From contig JAUWMT010000007.1 in the NCBI GenBank assembly GCA_030613025.1, positions 4,882-68,881 of the forward strand: a stretch of DNA of 64,000 nt, given 5' to 3'. The first letter of the stretch is position 1. Each line of letters opens with the position of its first letter. The notes under the pieces are model-generated. The model was not told where the DNA came from. It ran no database searches and saw only the letters and a list, made by a program, of their open reading frames with translations. Position numbers and translations under genes: made by a program. This document shows positions 48,348 to 62,665 of the stretch, in pieces. This DNA comes from Candidatus Cloacimonadota bacterium (GTDB taxonomy: Bacteria > Cloacimonadota > Cloacimonadia > JGIOTU-2).

Positions 48348-49130
48348 TTATTCATTTTCAGTATCTTTGAAACTAAATCCTCTTTTTTCAAGTTGTTCTA
48401 ATAATCTTTTTGTTGATGGTTCCCATTGCCCCAATTTTCTACTAATGTGCTCTGTCCAACTATAGGAATCATAATCAAAAGTTTCTTCCCTGTCTCCGAT
48501 AAGACCGAGCTTGGCGTTCAGATTTCTATAATAGTTTTGTGATAAGTATCCATCATCCATTTCTTTCTTTGCACGATTGACCGCATTTTTATCGAGTTCT
48601 GGATATTCATTTTCAAAGAGCACAAATTCCAAGGGATAACGCGGTCGCGTGGGAGGATTTTCTGCGGGATAGCCAACTGTCAAACCAACTAATGGAAATA
48701 CTTTTTGAGGTAGTTTTAGCCGTTCTGCAATCTTGTCTGCATAATATGGAACTGAGCCAATGTAGCAGGTTCCCAAGCCGAGACTTTCAGCAGCTATGAC
48801 CATATTTTGAGCCATGTAAGCCGCATCCTGCATACCCAGCAGCATGCAGGACAGGTCATTCATAATGACTTTCCAATTTTTTGTTTCCATGATCTTACCG
48901 ATCTTATGGAAATCAATACAAATGACAAAGTATAGAGGGGCATGAAAGGGGTGTTTCTCTTTTTCCCTTGAAAGAAGAACGCTATATGCCTGGTATGCAA
49001 ATGCTGCTTGCTGCCCTGACTGAACAATGTTCTCGATTATTTCATCAGGCACGGTTTTGTCTTGATATTTGCGGATCGATCTATGCTGCAAAAGCAGATT
49101 GATCGCTGAATTATAGGTTTTATCTTGCAT
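48348..49130 (-). CDS. Nitroreductase-family protein
   Basis: LLQHRSIRKY… nitroreductase N-terminus; 260 aa. Confidence 0.6.
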   Translation of the reverse strand: MQDKTYNSAINLLLQHRSIRKYQDKTVPDEIIENIVQSGQQAAFAYQAYSVLLSREKEKHPFHAPLYFVICIDFHKIGKIMETKNWKVIMNDLSCMLLGMQDAAYMAQNMVIAAESLGLGTCYIGSVPYYADKIAERLKLPQKVFPLVGLTVGYPAENPPTRPRYPLEFVLFENEYPELDKNAVNRAKKEMDDGYLSQNYYRNLNAKLGLIGDREETFDYDSYSWTEHISRKLGQWEPSTKRLLEQLEKRGFSFKDTENE

Positions 49131-49139
49131 AATTTTTTT

Positions 49140-50201
49140 CTACCATACTTCTTGAATTATTGGGTCAACAAAATATACGTTATTTTCATCAGTTATGATG
49201 GCGGGGACAGGAAATACAGCCCAATGAAATAAGCAGTAAATCGATTTTCTTGCAGTTTCTCCGGTTCGGTTTACAACCAACTCCTCAGCTTCCCCCAAAT
49301 TTATATAAGGAAATTTTTTAATATGAAGCGTCCTTTTTTCTTCGAAGATAAGACTTGTTATACTTGGACAGGAACTCAAACGTGCTCCAAAGTATGGTTT
49401 AAAATCAAGAAAGGCAACAACCTCATCGTCATACAAAAGAGGTATAACTACCTGTGTTCCAAGTGGGAGTCCATTATAACTCCATAATACTAAGGGAAAC
49501 ATAATTACTGGAGGACCATAACTCCAATGTTCCAAAATTTCATCTACAGGGACTATCAGATCATCTCTCATCCTGCCACCCGAATAGACATTAATAAATT
49601 TAACCCATTCTTCACCGTCTTTTTCAATTATTATACTTGGATATGTTTGTCTAAATTCATCATACGCTCTTTCCTTGGCTTCCTCGGAATCAATATCTAA
49701 CCAGCGGAAAGGCTCGACAGTTAACGAATCGATATAATGTTCTACAGGCACTATGGGTAATAAAGTTGCCTGTCGATTTTTGACATCATCGCTTTCATTT
49801 TGTATAGAATTTCTAATCCCTTCAGCAGTAAAAAATTGCCTTGCAATAGTTTTTAAAACTGCCATTTGTTCTTCGAATGCCGGAATATCGAATTGGTCAT
49901 CAAAATAATGCTTAAATCTTTCAGGAAAAGTGGGAACTCTATAATATCCATGTGAGTAATTTAATACATCTCCCATCTGCACATTTATTGCTTGAGCAAT
50001 TAGTTGGCATGTTTGGGATTTTCTGGGATTAGAATATTCCATGATAAGTGAATCCCGTCCTTCATAATTTGTTGTTTCAAGATCATTAGGATGTATGCCC
50101 GGGAAATCATCAGGTATTATAATTTTTATATCTTTCTCGTCTGCTTCCATAATAGCACAAAGAAGAAGTATTGCGATGAATATTACCGATATTTTTCTCA
50201 C
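49140..50201 (-). CDS. Secreted hypothetical protein
   Basis: Signal peptide; no confident domain. Confidence 0.4.
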   Translation of the reverse strand: MRKISVIFIAILLLCAIMEADEKDIKIIIPDDFPGIHPNDLETTNYEGRDSLIMEYSNPRKSQTCQLIAQAINVQMGDVLNYSHGYYRVPTFPERFKHYFDDQFDIPAFEEQMAVLKTIARQFFTAEGIRNSIQNESDDVKNRQATLLPIVPVEHYIDSLTVEPFRWLDIDSEEAKERAYDEFRQTYPSIIIEKDGEEWVKFINVYSGGRMRDDLIVPVDEILEHWSYGPPVIMFPLVLWSYNGLPLGTQVVIPLLYDDEVVAFLDFKPYFGARLSSCPSITSLIFEEKRTLHIKKFPYINLGEAEELVVNRTGETARKSIYCLFHWAVFPVPAIITDENNVYFVDPIIQEVW

Positions 50202-50252
50202 TATAATTCCTATTTTGTAGAATCTTATACTAACATTAAGTATTCTTGTAGT

Positions 50253-51233
50253 TTACTCCTGCCACAAACCGCAATCTTTATAATACTGTTCAGCGCCGGG
50301 GTGGAGAGGAAATCCGGTTTCTTCAAACGCATTCTTTGCCTCTATCTGCTCGATTGCTTTTTCGTTGGTTGAAAGAGATTTTGTGTTTGAGAAAAGTGTT
50401 TTTGTGAGTGCGGTCACAGCTTCTGTAGAAAGTGAGTTACGCACAAGGAGAACGGTATAGTCACCTATTACATGAGTATCATGGAAAAGAGATTTGTAAG
50501 TATTTTTTTTCAGTTCATGACTGGTTGTGCCCAATATGTGACGCATATTATCTCGAAGCTCTTTTGAACACGGAAGGATGGATATCCGGATTTGATTTTC
50601 AAGATCGCCCACAATATCGGCAGGTGAAGAAGCCATGAAAATAAAAACGTCAATGGCGTTTTCTACGAGATGAATAGCACCTGTTGTATAGTTGTCGAAT
50701 TCGACTTTTCCACCTAAGGTGGCAATGTCCTCGTAGGAAGTGCCAAGCTGCATCAGAATATTTCTTGTAATATATTCGCTGACAGTGCCCTGCTTCAGAA
50801 CACCGAGTCTGACCGGCAATTTATTTGTGAAGATGTCATCCAGCGAAAGTAGTTCATGATTTTGCGCAAACCCGGTACGAACGATGCAATAGAGATACTG
50901 CTTATACAGATTACCGATGCAAGACAGATTGGTTTGTGCAACTTCAAAAGGAGGGTTTCCATCTATAGCCGCTTTACCCAATACTGCTGCAGAAAATCCC
51001 AGATCAATATTATTTTCATTCAGATCAATGACATTTTTTACTCCTCCGCCGGGAACAGACACTGTTTTTGTGAGTTTTTCTGAGTATAATTTTTCGAGCA
51101 GCTTTCCAAATGTAAACCAAGTTCCTCCGGAAGGACCGGAACCGATTACCAATTCTTTCGGGAAATCAATTTTGGATTGCGTACAACTGATAATGAGAAC
51201 AATAACGGAAAGTGCTAAGATAATTCTTTTCAT
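50253..51233 (-). CDS. TRAP transporter solute receptor, TAXI family
   Basis: Lipoprotein-type signal ending in Cys; GSGPSGGTWFTFG motif. Confidence 0.6.
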   Translation of the reverse strand: MKRIILALSVIVLIISCTQSKIDFPKELVIGSGPSGGTWFTFGKLLEKLYSEKLTKTVSVPGGGVKNVIDLNENNIDLGFSAAVLGKAAIDGNPPFEVAQTNLSCIGNLYKQYLYCIVRTGFAQNHELLSLDDIFTNKLPVRLGVLKQGTVSEYITRNILMQLGTSYEDIATLGGKVEFDNYTTGAIHLVENAIDVFIFMASSPADIVGDLENQIRISILPCSKELRDNMRHILGTTSHELKKNTYKSLFHDTHVIGDYTVLLVRNSLSTEAVTALTKTLFSNTKSLSTNEKAIEQIEAKNAFEETGFPLHPGAEQYYKDCGLWQE

Positions 51234-51303
51234 TTTTCTCGCTGTAATTTTATGGATTCTATAACCCTTATTTAAAGCTAATGCAACACTTTGTACAATT
51301 TCA

Positions 51304-55411
<4,108 letters not shown>

Positions 55412-55412
<1 letters not shown>

Positions 55413-56704
55413 TATTCACCTCCCTTAGTTCCAAGTGCCATTGAAACAATTTTTGTCATATGTGTTTCAGGACCATAAACTTCAATTGGAATACCAATTC
55501 TTTTACCCACATCTTTCATATTTTTCAGACCTTCTTTATAATTTGGTCCACCTCTTCGCACATAGATTTTTACATTTGTATTTTTGAGTTTTTCTTCATA
55601 TTCTTCAATTGCTTGAATAATTCCCGTGAATGTTTTTGCAATGTCGGTAAAGTTTGCAATTCCTCCACCAATAAGTAAAAACTTAGGACGTCCCTGCGGA
55701 TCTTTCTTTCGAGTCATCAGATCGAGTACTGTTTTTGTATATCCATAAGTTAGTTCTGTTGATGGATTTCCACTATATTCCCCATAATTTGCAAGTTCCT
55801 TTGTGAATCCAAGATCTACAACAGTATCAGCATAAATTACGGAGGCTCCGCCGCCGGCAACGAGATTCCAAATTCTTCCTTCAGGATTTAAAACTGTGAG
55901 TTTGAGTGATGCTCCTGTTCTTTCGTCGAGTTCATCTATTTTTTCTTCTTCGATCGTTTTTTCAAGACCAAATGGACTTGGGAATTTCAAATCTCCCCAC
56001 ATTTCTGCACATTGAAATGATGCATAATCATCTACTTTCGCTACAGCATCAAGCGCAACTGGAGCTCCATCAACAAATGTAAATGGATTCAATTCCAGAT
56101 ATACAAAATGGTATTTCACTAACATTTTATAAAGTGCCTTTATGAATTCAGCAATGATTTCTCTTTTGTCACCAAGTTCTTTTGGTAGGAATCCCTTCAC
56201 ATCGAGGTCATCAATTTCTGTTGATAATGGGACATCAAGCGTTACCACTGAATCCCAAACTTCTTCGATATTAACGCCGCCTTTTGTAGAAAAATGAATA
56301 GTATCATTATCTCTGTGAGTCGTGATAGCTATATAATATTCATCATCATGCGGAACGAATTTTTCCACGAGGAAATAGGTAAGTTCTCCGGTTGTTTCAC
56401 CTGTGGTTTGTTTGATGGTAACGGTTTTGTTCATGCGTTCATTAATCCAGGCTTGTACTTCTTTCCAGGATTTATTTACGTATAAAAGATTATTCAATCC
56501 TCTTTTACCGAAAAGTTGATCCGGTTTTGCTACAAGCTTTTCTGTTTTCAGCCATGGATTTTCCTGCTCAAGTTTTGTTAGATCTGTGTTAGCTCCGATC
56601 AAAACCTGGTTGGCTTCAAATTTGACCTTTCCATTGGAAAAATCAGGTAGCGCTTTTGACATCATTCTTTTGGCGTCAAATTCCCTGATACCTTTTTGTG
56701 CCAT
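55412..56704 (-). CDS. aclB: ATP-citrate lyase small subunit AclB (ATP-grasp)
   Basis: 430 aa; MAQKGIREFDAKRMM start typical of AclB, and an ATP-grasp fold. Its stop overlaps the aclA start. Confidence 0.75.
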
Positions 56705-56708
56705 TTTA

Positions 56709-58667
56709 TTATTCTCCCTTATTATTTTTTTTCTTTATAAAGGAAAGCGTTCCGCCTGCAAGCAGAATTTCCTTTTGTCTATCAGATAGATCGTAAGTGG
56801 CTTCAAATTCGGTTCCTTTTGTTATGTTCTTAACAATTAAGTTCTTACCTGTTTTTAAAGTTTCTTTAATTTCAGTTATTTCCAGTTCATCTGCTTGATC
56901 TATTCCATCATAGTCTAATTCATTTTTAAAATTAAGCGGAAGTATTCCGAAGTTGATGAGATTGGCATTATGAATTCTTTCCATAGATTTTGCCAGAACT
57001 GCTTTCACTCCCATATACATCGGGCAAAGTGCAGCATGTTCACGGCTGCTTCCCTGACCATAAGAAAGTCCTGCAACGATGATGTTGTACTTTCCGCTTT
57101 CTTTGATCTCTTTTGCCCGGTCATGGAATGTCGGATCAACTATTTCAAATAAGAATTCAGAATATTTTGGAACATTGGATCTATATTTCATTTTTGACCC
57201 GGCAGGGATTATGTGATCTGTTGTGATCTGATCTTCTACTTTTAGTGTTACGCAACCGGATATTTTGTCTTTAAGTGGTTCTGCCGCTGGAGGATCACCA
57301 ATATTTGGGCCACGATAGATCTCGCCATTTCCTTTTGCGTCTTCAGGGAAGATAAACATTGAATCGTCAATATAGAATTTGGCAGGCATTTTTACATTTG
57401 GATATTCGATACCCATTTTTTCAAGATCTCTTGGATCGGTAAATTTACCTGTAATTACTGCTGCGGCTGCTGTTTCCGGGCTTACGAGATATGCATTGGC
57501 AGATTTTGTTCCAGACCTTCCATAAAAGTTTCTATTGCTGGTTCTTAGAGATACAGCTTCTGTTTTGGGAGATTGACTGTTTCCAATACAAAATCCACAA
57601 GCAGATTCTGCAATTCGGGCTCCGGCAGAAACGATGCTTTCAAATCCGCCATCTTTGATGATGTTTTCAATTACTTGTTTTGATCCTGGAGCAACTACAA
57701 AGCTGGTATTGGGATGAAGTTTTTGCCCTTTCAGAATATGAGCTACGCTCATCATATCTTTGTAAGATGAATTTGTGCAACTGCCGATGCAAACCTGGTC
57801 AACATTGATTTCACCCAGATCTTTTACTGCGCTTATATTTCCCGGGCTGTGTGGTGTTGCTGCCATTGGAACAAGTTCGGATAGATTAATATCTACTACT
57901 TGGTCATATTCTGCATCAACATCAGCAATCAGTTCCACCCAGTCACTTTCACGATCTTGAGCTTTCAAGAATTCTTTTGTAATTTTATCGCTTGGGAAAA
58001 TTGAAGTTGTTACACCACATTCTGCTCCCATGTTAGTAATTGTTGCTCTTTCGGGGACAGATAATGTATCAATTCCAGAACCGCCGTATTCAAAGACGCA
58101 TCCCACATTTCCTTTCGTTGTAAATATTTCAAGAACTTTAAGTATCACATCTTTTGCTGCAACCCATGGTTTTAGTTTTCCTGTTAAGTTGATTTTAATT
58201 ACTTTTGGATATGTTAAGTAAAATGCTCCGCCAGCCATTGCAACCGCTACATCAAGACCTCCGGCACCAATTGCCATCATTCCAATCCCCCCTCCTGTTG
58301 GAGTGTGAGAATCCGATCCGAGAAGTGTTTTTCCGGGTTTCCCAAATCTTTCAAGTTGTACCTGATGACAAATTCCGTTGCCAGCTCTTGAATACACAAT
58401 TCCATACTTTGCTGCAACCGATTGTAAATATTTGTGGTCATCAGCATTTTCAAAACCGATTTGAACAGTATTGTGATCAACGTAACTTACTGAGAGTTCC
58501 GTTTTTACCTTTGGAACACCCATTGCCTCAAATTGTAAATATGCCATTGTCCCTGTTGCATCTTGAGTAAGCGTTTGATCAATTTTAATTCCTACTTCTG
58601 TACCTTTTCCAGACTTCCCTTTAATAATATGATCTGAAAGAATCTTTTCAACAATGTTTTTTTTCAT
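56709..58667 (-). CDS. Aconitate hydratase (short, about 650-aa Aquificae/archaeal-type aconitase)
   Basis: 652 aa with Fe-S ligand cysteines and swivel-domain motifs. Confidence 0.75.
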   Translation of the reverse strand: MKKNIVEKILSDHIIKGKSGKGTEVGIKIDQTLTQDATGTMAYLQFEAMGVPKVKTELSVSYVDHNTVQIGFENADDHKYLQSVAAKYGIVYSRAGNGICHQVQLERFGKPGKTLLGSDSHTPTGGGIGMMAIGAGGLDVAVAMAGGAFYLTYPKVIKINLTGKLKPWVAAKDVILKVLEIFTTKGNVGCVFEYGGSGIDTLSVPERATITNMGAECGVTTSIFPSDKITKEFLKAQDRESDWVELIADVDAEYDQVVDINLSELVPMAATPHSPGNISAVKDLGEINVDQVCIGSCTNSSYKDMMSVAHILKGQKLHPNTSFVVAPGSKQVIENIIKDGGFESIVSAGARIAESACGFCIGNSQSPKTEAVSLRTSNRNFYGRSGTKSANAYLVSPETAAAAVITGKFTDPRDLEKMGIEYPNVKMPAKFYIDDSMFIFPEDAKGNGEIYRGPNIGDPPAAEPLKDKISGCVTLKVEDQITTDHIIPAGSKMKYRSNVPKYSEFLFEIVDPTFHDRAKEIKESGKYNIIVAGLSYGQGSSREHAALCPMYMGVKAVLAKSMERIHNANLINFGILPLNFKNELDYDGIDQADELEITEIKETLKTGKNLIVKNITKGTEFEATYDLSDRQKEILLAGGTLSFIKKKNNKGE

Positions 58668-58708
58668 ATATAAAATCCTTTTTTGGATATTATTTTATTT
58701 GTTGTTTT

Positions 58709-58864
58709 CTAAAAGCTCCCTTTATTGTAATAGTTAAATTGAATGTAGTTTAGTTTATCGTCCAATATCTTGAAGGTCATAAATAGTCGGTTTTCAATAT
58801 TTCCCATAGCTTTGCCAGTTGATGTTGAATCAACAACTATAGTTAATAATTCGGTTTCTTTCAT
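58709..58864 (-). CDS. Possible 51-aa upstream small ORF preceding the acn-aclBA-icd operon
   Basis: Read manually as MKETELLTIVVDSTSTGKAMGNIENRLFMTFKILDDKLNYIQFNYYNKGSF, with GAGGAG 7 nt upstream of the ATG. Not in the ORF track because it is under 60 aa. Confidence 0.3.
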   Translation of the reverse strand: MKETELLTIVVDSTSTGKAMGNIENRLFMTFKILDDKLNYIQFNYYNKGSF

Positions 58865-59052
58865 TTACATCTCCTCAATATTAATTGAGGACTAAAACTT
58901 ACCCCCAAAATTTAGTGTCAATAATTATTCAATTTATATTTTTTAGGGGGCAATATTCTTATATTTAAATTTCAAATATTGGACATAAAACAGCTCATAA
59001 TGAGGACAATTATAGAAAGAGCTATGATAATTTCTTTTCAGATTGATTTCCT

Positions 59053-59721
59053 TTATTGTTCTTTTTTTACAACATTTCGTAGAATATACACAAATATAAA
59101 AATCCCGATCGCATTACCCAGAACCATTGGGAGCATGATCTCTTTTACCAGTTCGATGGATTGTGAATAGGGTTTGGAAAGCAAAAGGATCAGTATCATG
59201 TGGAAGAGCTCGAGGCAAACAGCAACTGTTATTGCCAGCCAGTAGGACTGTGATTTTTTGAATGAACGAGAAGCAATACCTGCGATCACACCTGCGAGAA
59301 GGGTAGCAAGAGAGCAGGGAAACTGAGTAAATCCGCCCAAGAGAAAACGGTGCAATCCAGCCAGCAATCCTGTAATGATACCGACGACGGGTCCACCGAT
59401 AAAACCTGCTACAAAGGGAGCTGTGTCACGAATGTTGGATATTGCTCCGACCACAGGGATTCCAAGAGTAGTACCATAGATCCCAATAATTGTGAATAGG
59501 ATTATTGTTTTTACATAGTCCAATGGCGTTGCGTTATCTCCAAACACGTTTTGAAAAGTTTTACTTTTACTGAACAGGAAGAAAACGAACATCATTAGCA
59601 GACTTTCCTGGAGAAGACTGAACACGGATTTTAGAATTACAACGCTTTTCACGGGTGCTGCATTAAGTGTTGCAGTGAACATAATAAGTAGGAGGATTAA
59701 TAGAAATAGTGATTTTTTCAT
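59053..59721 (-). CDS. Stand-alone 5TMR-LYT membrane sensor-domain protein
   Basis: NIRDTAPFVAGFIGGPVVG…HRFLLGG…CS is the same 5TMR-LYT signature as 41351-42697. Confidence 0.65.
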   Translation of the reverse strand: MKKSLFLLILLLIMFTATLNAAPVKSVVILKSVFSLLQESLLMMFVFFLFSKSKTFQNVFGDNATPLDYVKTIILFTIIGIYGTTLGIPVVGAISNIRDTAPFVAGFIGGPVVGIITGLLAGLHRFLLGGFTQFPCSLATLLAGVIAGIASRSFKKSQSYWLAITVAVCLELFHMILILLLSKPYSQSIELVKEIMLPMVLGNAIGIFIFVYILRNVVKKEQ

Positions 59722-59777
59722 TGTTAGTTCCTTTCTATTGTTGATTGTTTTGTAGAATTCTTAATATTTATTTCATT

Positions 59778-60107
59778 TCAAATTTGATTTAATGCCTCAT
59801 CAATTGTATTAAAGATCGGGAAATCAGAATGGAAGTCAACAAGTTCAAGAATATGAAGGATATTATCATTCGCAGAACAGAGTGCGATAATACCGTTGCT
59901 GTTGAGTTCCCGAAGAGCAAAATAAAAGGCACGAATGCCTGAACTGCTGATATAATCAAGTTTTGAGCAATCTATGAGGATTTTATCCTCTCCATCAAGG
60001 ATGTATTTTATAAGATTGTCTTGAAAGTCCTTTGAGGTGAAGGAATCGATCTTCCCATCAACGCTGATAATACGTATGCCCTGTTCCATATTTGTCGTGA
60101 TATGCAT
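59778..60107 (-). CDS. STAS-domain anti-sigma-factor antagonist
   Basis: 109 aa; DCSKLDYISSSGIRAF. Confidence 0.75.
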   Translation of the reverse strand: MHITTNMEQGIRIISVDGKIDSFTSKDFQDNLIKYILDGEDKILIDCSKLDYISSSGIRAFYFALRELNSNGIIALCSANDNILHILELVDFHSDFPIFNTIDEALNQI

Positions 60108-60109
60108 AA

Positions 60110-62174
60110 TTATTCCTCTGCTTTTTTGCCGAAATACTGGATAGCAAGCATTGTGATATCATCGGACTGTGCTGTCCCATCGGCAAATTGGTGAACCTCT
60201 TTTATTATCATTTTTATAACTGTAAATGGACTTGAACTTGATATCGTTCGTAAAGTTTTTTCTAATTTTTTTTCTCCGAGAAGTTTATCCTTTTCATTTG
60301 TGGCTTCAGTAATGCCGTCTGTGTAGAGGAATATACTTTGGTAGTCTGCTAATATTAGTTCTTCTGAGGTGTATTGGACATTCTCCCGCAGTCCGAGTGG
60401 AGTCTTATAAGGAAGTTGGATCAGTTCTATTTGATCTTCTTTGAGAAGATAGGGTGGATTGTGTCCAGCATTCGTGAGAGAAATGTGTCCAGTCCTAACA
60501 TTAAGAATTCCTAGCATGAGCGTCAGGAACATGCAGTGCTCATTATCCTGATAGAGTTCGGTATTTACTTCAGAAATGATTTCAGATGGGGAGGGAATAC
60601 CGGGATGTTCCTTTCTAAGCAGCATGCTGGTAGCGCGTATCAAACTTTTACTTCGAGCCATGAACAGAGCAGCTGGAACCCCCTCATAAAACAGAGATGG
60701 TCATCATCGATAAAGAAGAAATCATAGAGATCACCGCCAACTTCTTTTGCAGGTTCGAGCAGTGCATAAATATCAATCTCTTTTCTGTCCGGGAAAGCGG
60801 GAAATGTTTGAGGTAGCATACTTATCTGTATATCGTGCGCAATTCGGAGCTCACTTCTTATTTTCTCATTAGCAGCGGTAGTCAGCTTGAGATCTTGAAT
60901 ATATTTTTGCAGTGTTTTTTCCATGTTTATGAAAGTCTGGGCAAGATTACCCATTTCATCACGGGAGCTTTTAGTAAGGTTTGTTAACTCAGTTGAATCT
61001 GTAAATCCAAAATTGTTTTCTGTAAGCTGCCGGGCATGAACAGTAAGTATTTTTACAGGTTTTGTGAAACGGTGGATGAGAAAAAAGGTGACCACACAGG
61101 CAATAAGCAATGCAGCGAGTGCAATGAGAAATTCTCTATGAAAGATACGCTTCGCAGGTTCTTTCATTTCATCAACGTAAAATGCTGATACTATATACCA
61201 TTCAAGTGGTTCAAAGAAATCTACATATGCAATTTTTTTGTATTGGAAGTTTCCCTCTTGCCCGGGTTTATCCCAGAAATAGGTGTATGGTTCATCGGGA
61301 TTTTTGATGCTTCGACAAGATGCATCCAATGATTCATTCCCATTTCAGGAATATCCACTTCGGCAAAATCAACCCCCTCCATTGTGGGGTGTACAAGCAA
61401 GATGTGATTGGTATTAAAAATAAAAAAATAGCCGTTTTTGCCGATGCGGATCTTTGAAAAGGTTTCGCGAAATTCGCTGAGAATCTCTTCAAGCTTGCTT
61501 TCGATATCTTTATCAATATCGTCTATATATACGCCTGTTCCGACTATCCAATCCCATTGCTTGAAATAGTAATTGTATGTGAGCTTCTCAACCGGTTTTG
61601 TTTCGTCGAGATGGATATGCCAGAATGACTCAAATCCACTTCCGTTTTCAAACACTTTTCTTTTAATCATTTTCAGTGGATAATTGCCTTTTACATCCTG
61701 ATAATCTGACATATTTATGCCTTTGATGTTTGGGTCAGGGTGTGAGATCGCTACAAGATCCGTATCATAGATGTAGAAATAATCATTATTACCATATCGG
61801 AAATCTTCAACACCTCCGAGGGCAAATGCCCTTGCATCCGGCTCAGAAAGAATGCCTTTTTCATAAAGTGAGTGATAATACTCTATGTTTGAAATAACGA
61901 TTCCTGTAACATTCTTGAGCTGCTGTTTGTACCTGTTCAGAGCATATTCTTTATGAAAGAGCAGGCTGCGATATTCGTTATCAACATATAACGAGATAAG
62001 TTTCCTCATATCATGAACCGAAGCAGTTACAGTATCCCACATGATCTTCTCAACTTCATTCTGTGTGAGCAGCATAAATGACACAGTCGTACATATCAGT
62101 ATAATAAGAATGAGAAGGAGTATCCGGGTGGTGAAAGATAGTGAACGTAATGTTATTTTCATCGTATTCTGCAA
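60110..62174 (-). pseudogene. Frameshifted Cache-HAMP-PP2C sensor phosphatase (paralog of 43831-45762) split into three ORFs
   Basis: The ORFs 61221-62174 (Cache), 60640-61329 (TM+HAMP) and 60110-60661 (PP2C C-terminus) are co-linear with the intact paralog. One frame break falls at a G5 run near 60677, and an in-frame loss of about 18 nt removes the GVGDVSGK metal-binding motif. Confidence 0.6.
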
Positions 62175-62665
62175 TCCTCAAACTTTGGTTGGATTAATTG
62201 CTTACATTTATAACTTTCTTGTCTTCAGGATGTTATGGTGTCAAGAATATTATTTGTTGACCTTGCTTGCATACCCCCAAAAATTTTTAGAGACACGACA
62301 CTTCCGGATTAAATCACAGAATATTACTTATGCGAATAGTAAGAAATAGGATGTAGACATAATAGCTAAAAGTACTGTCACACTGAGGTTCTCGAAGTGT
62401 GACAACCCATTCAATAGACCCTTCGACAAGCTCAGGGTGACAATAGGGTAGTTGGATAAAATTCAACAATTTTCCAAAGGTAATTTTCTGCGACTGATTC
62501 TCCGCAAATTCTTTATTCATGCACTATCCAGAGAATCTTCATCGAATTTTTGAGGGTATGCCTGAAAATTATTTCAGGAGAATGCGAAATTCAAAAAATT
62601 CATAGACATTGCGATTCCAGCTAATGGAAGAATGAGCATGGAAGCTAAAAACTTAATAATTTGTT

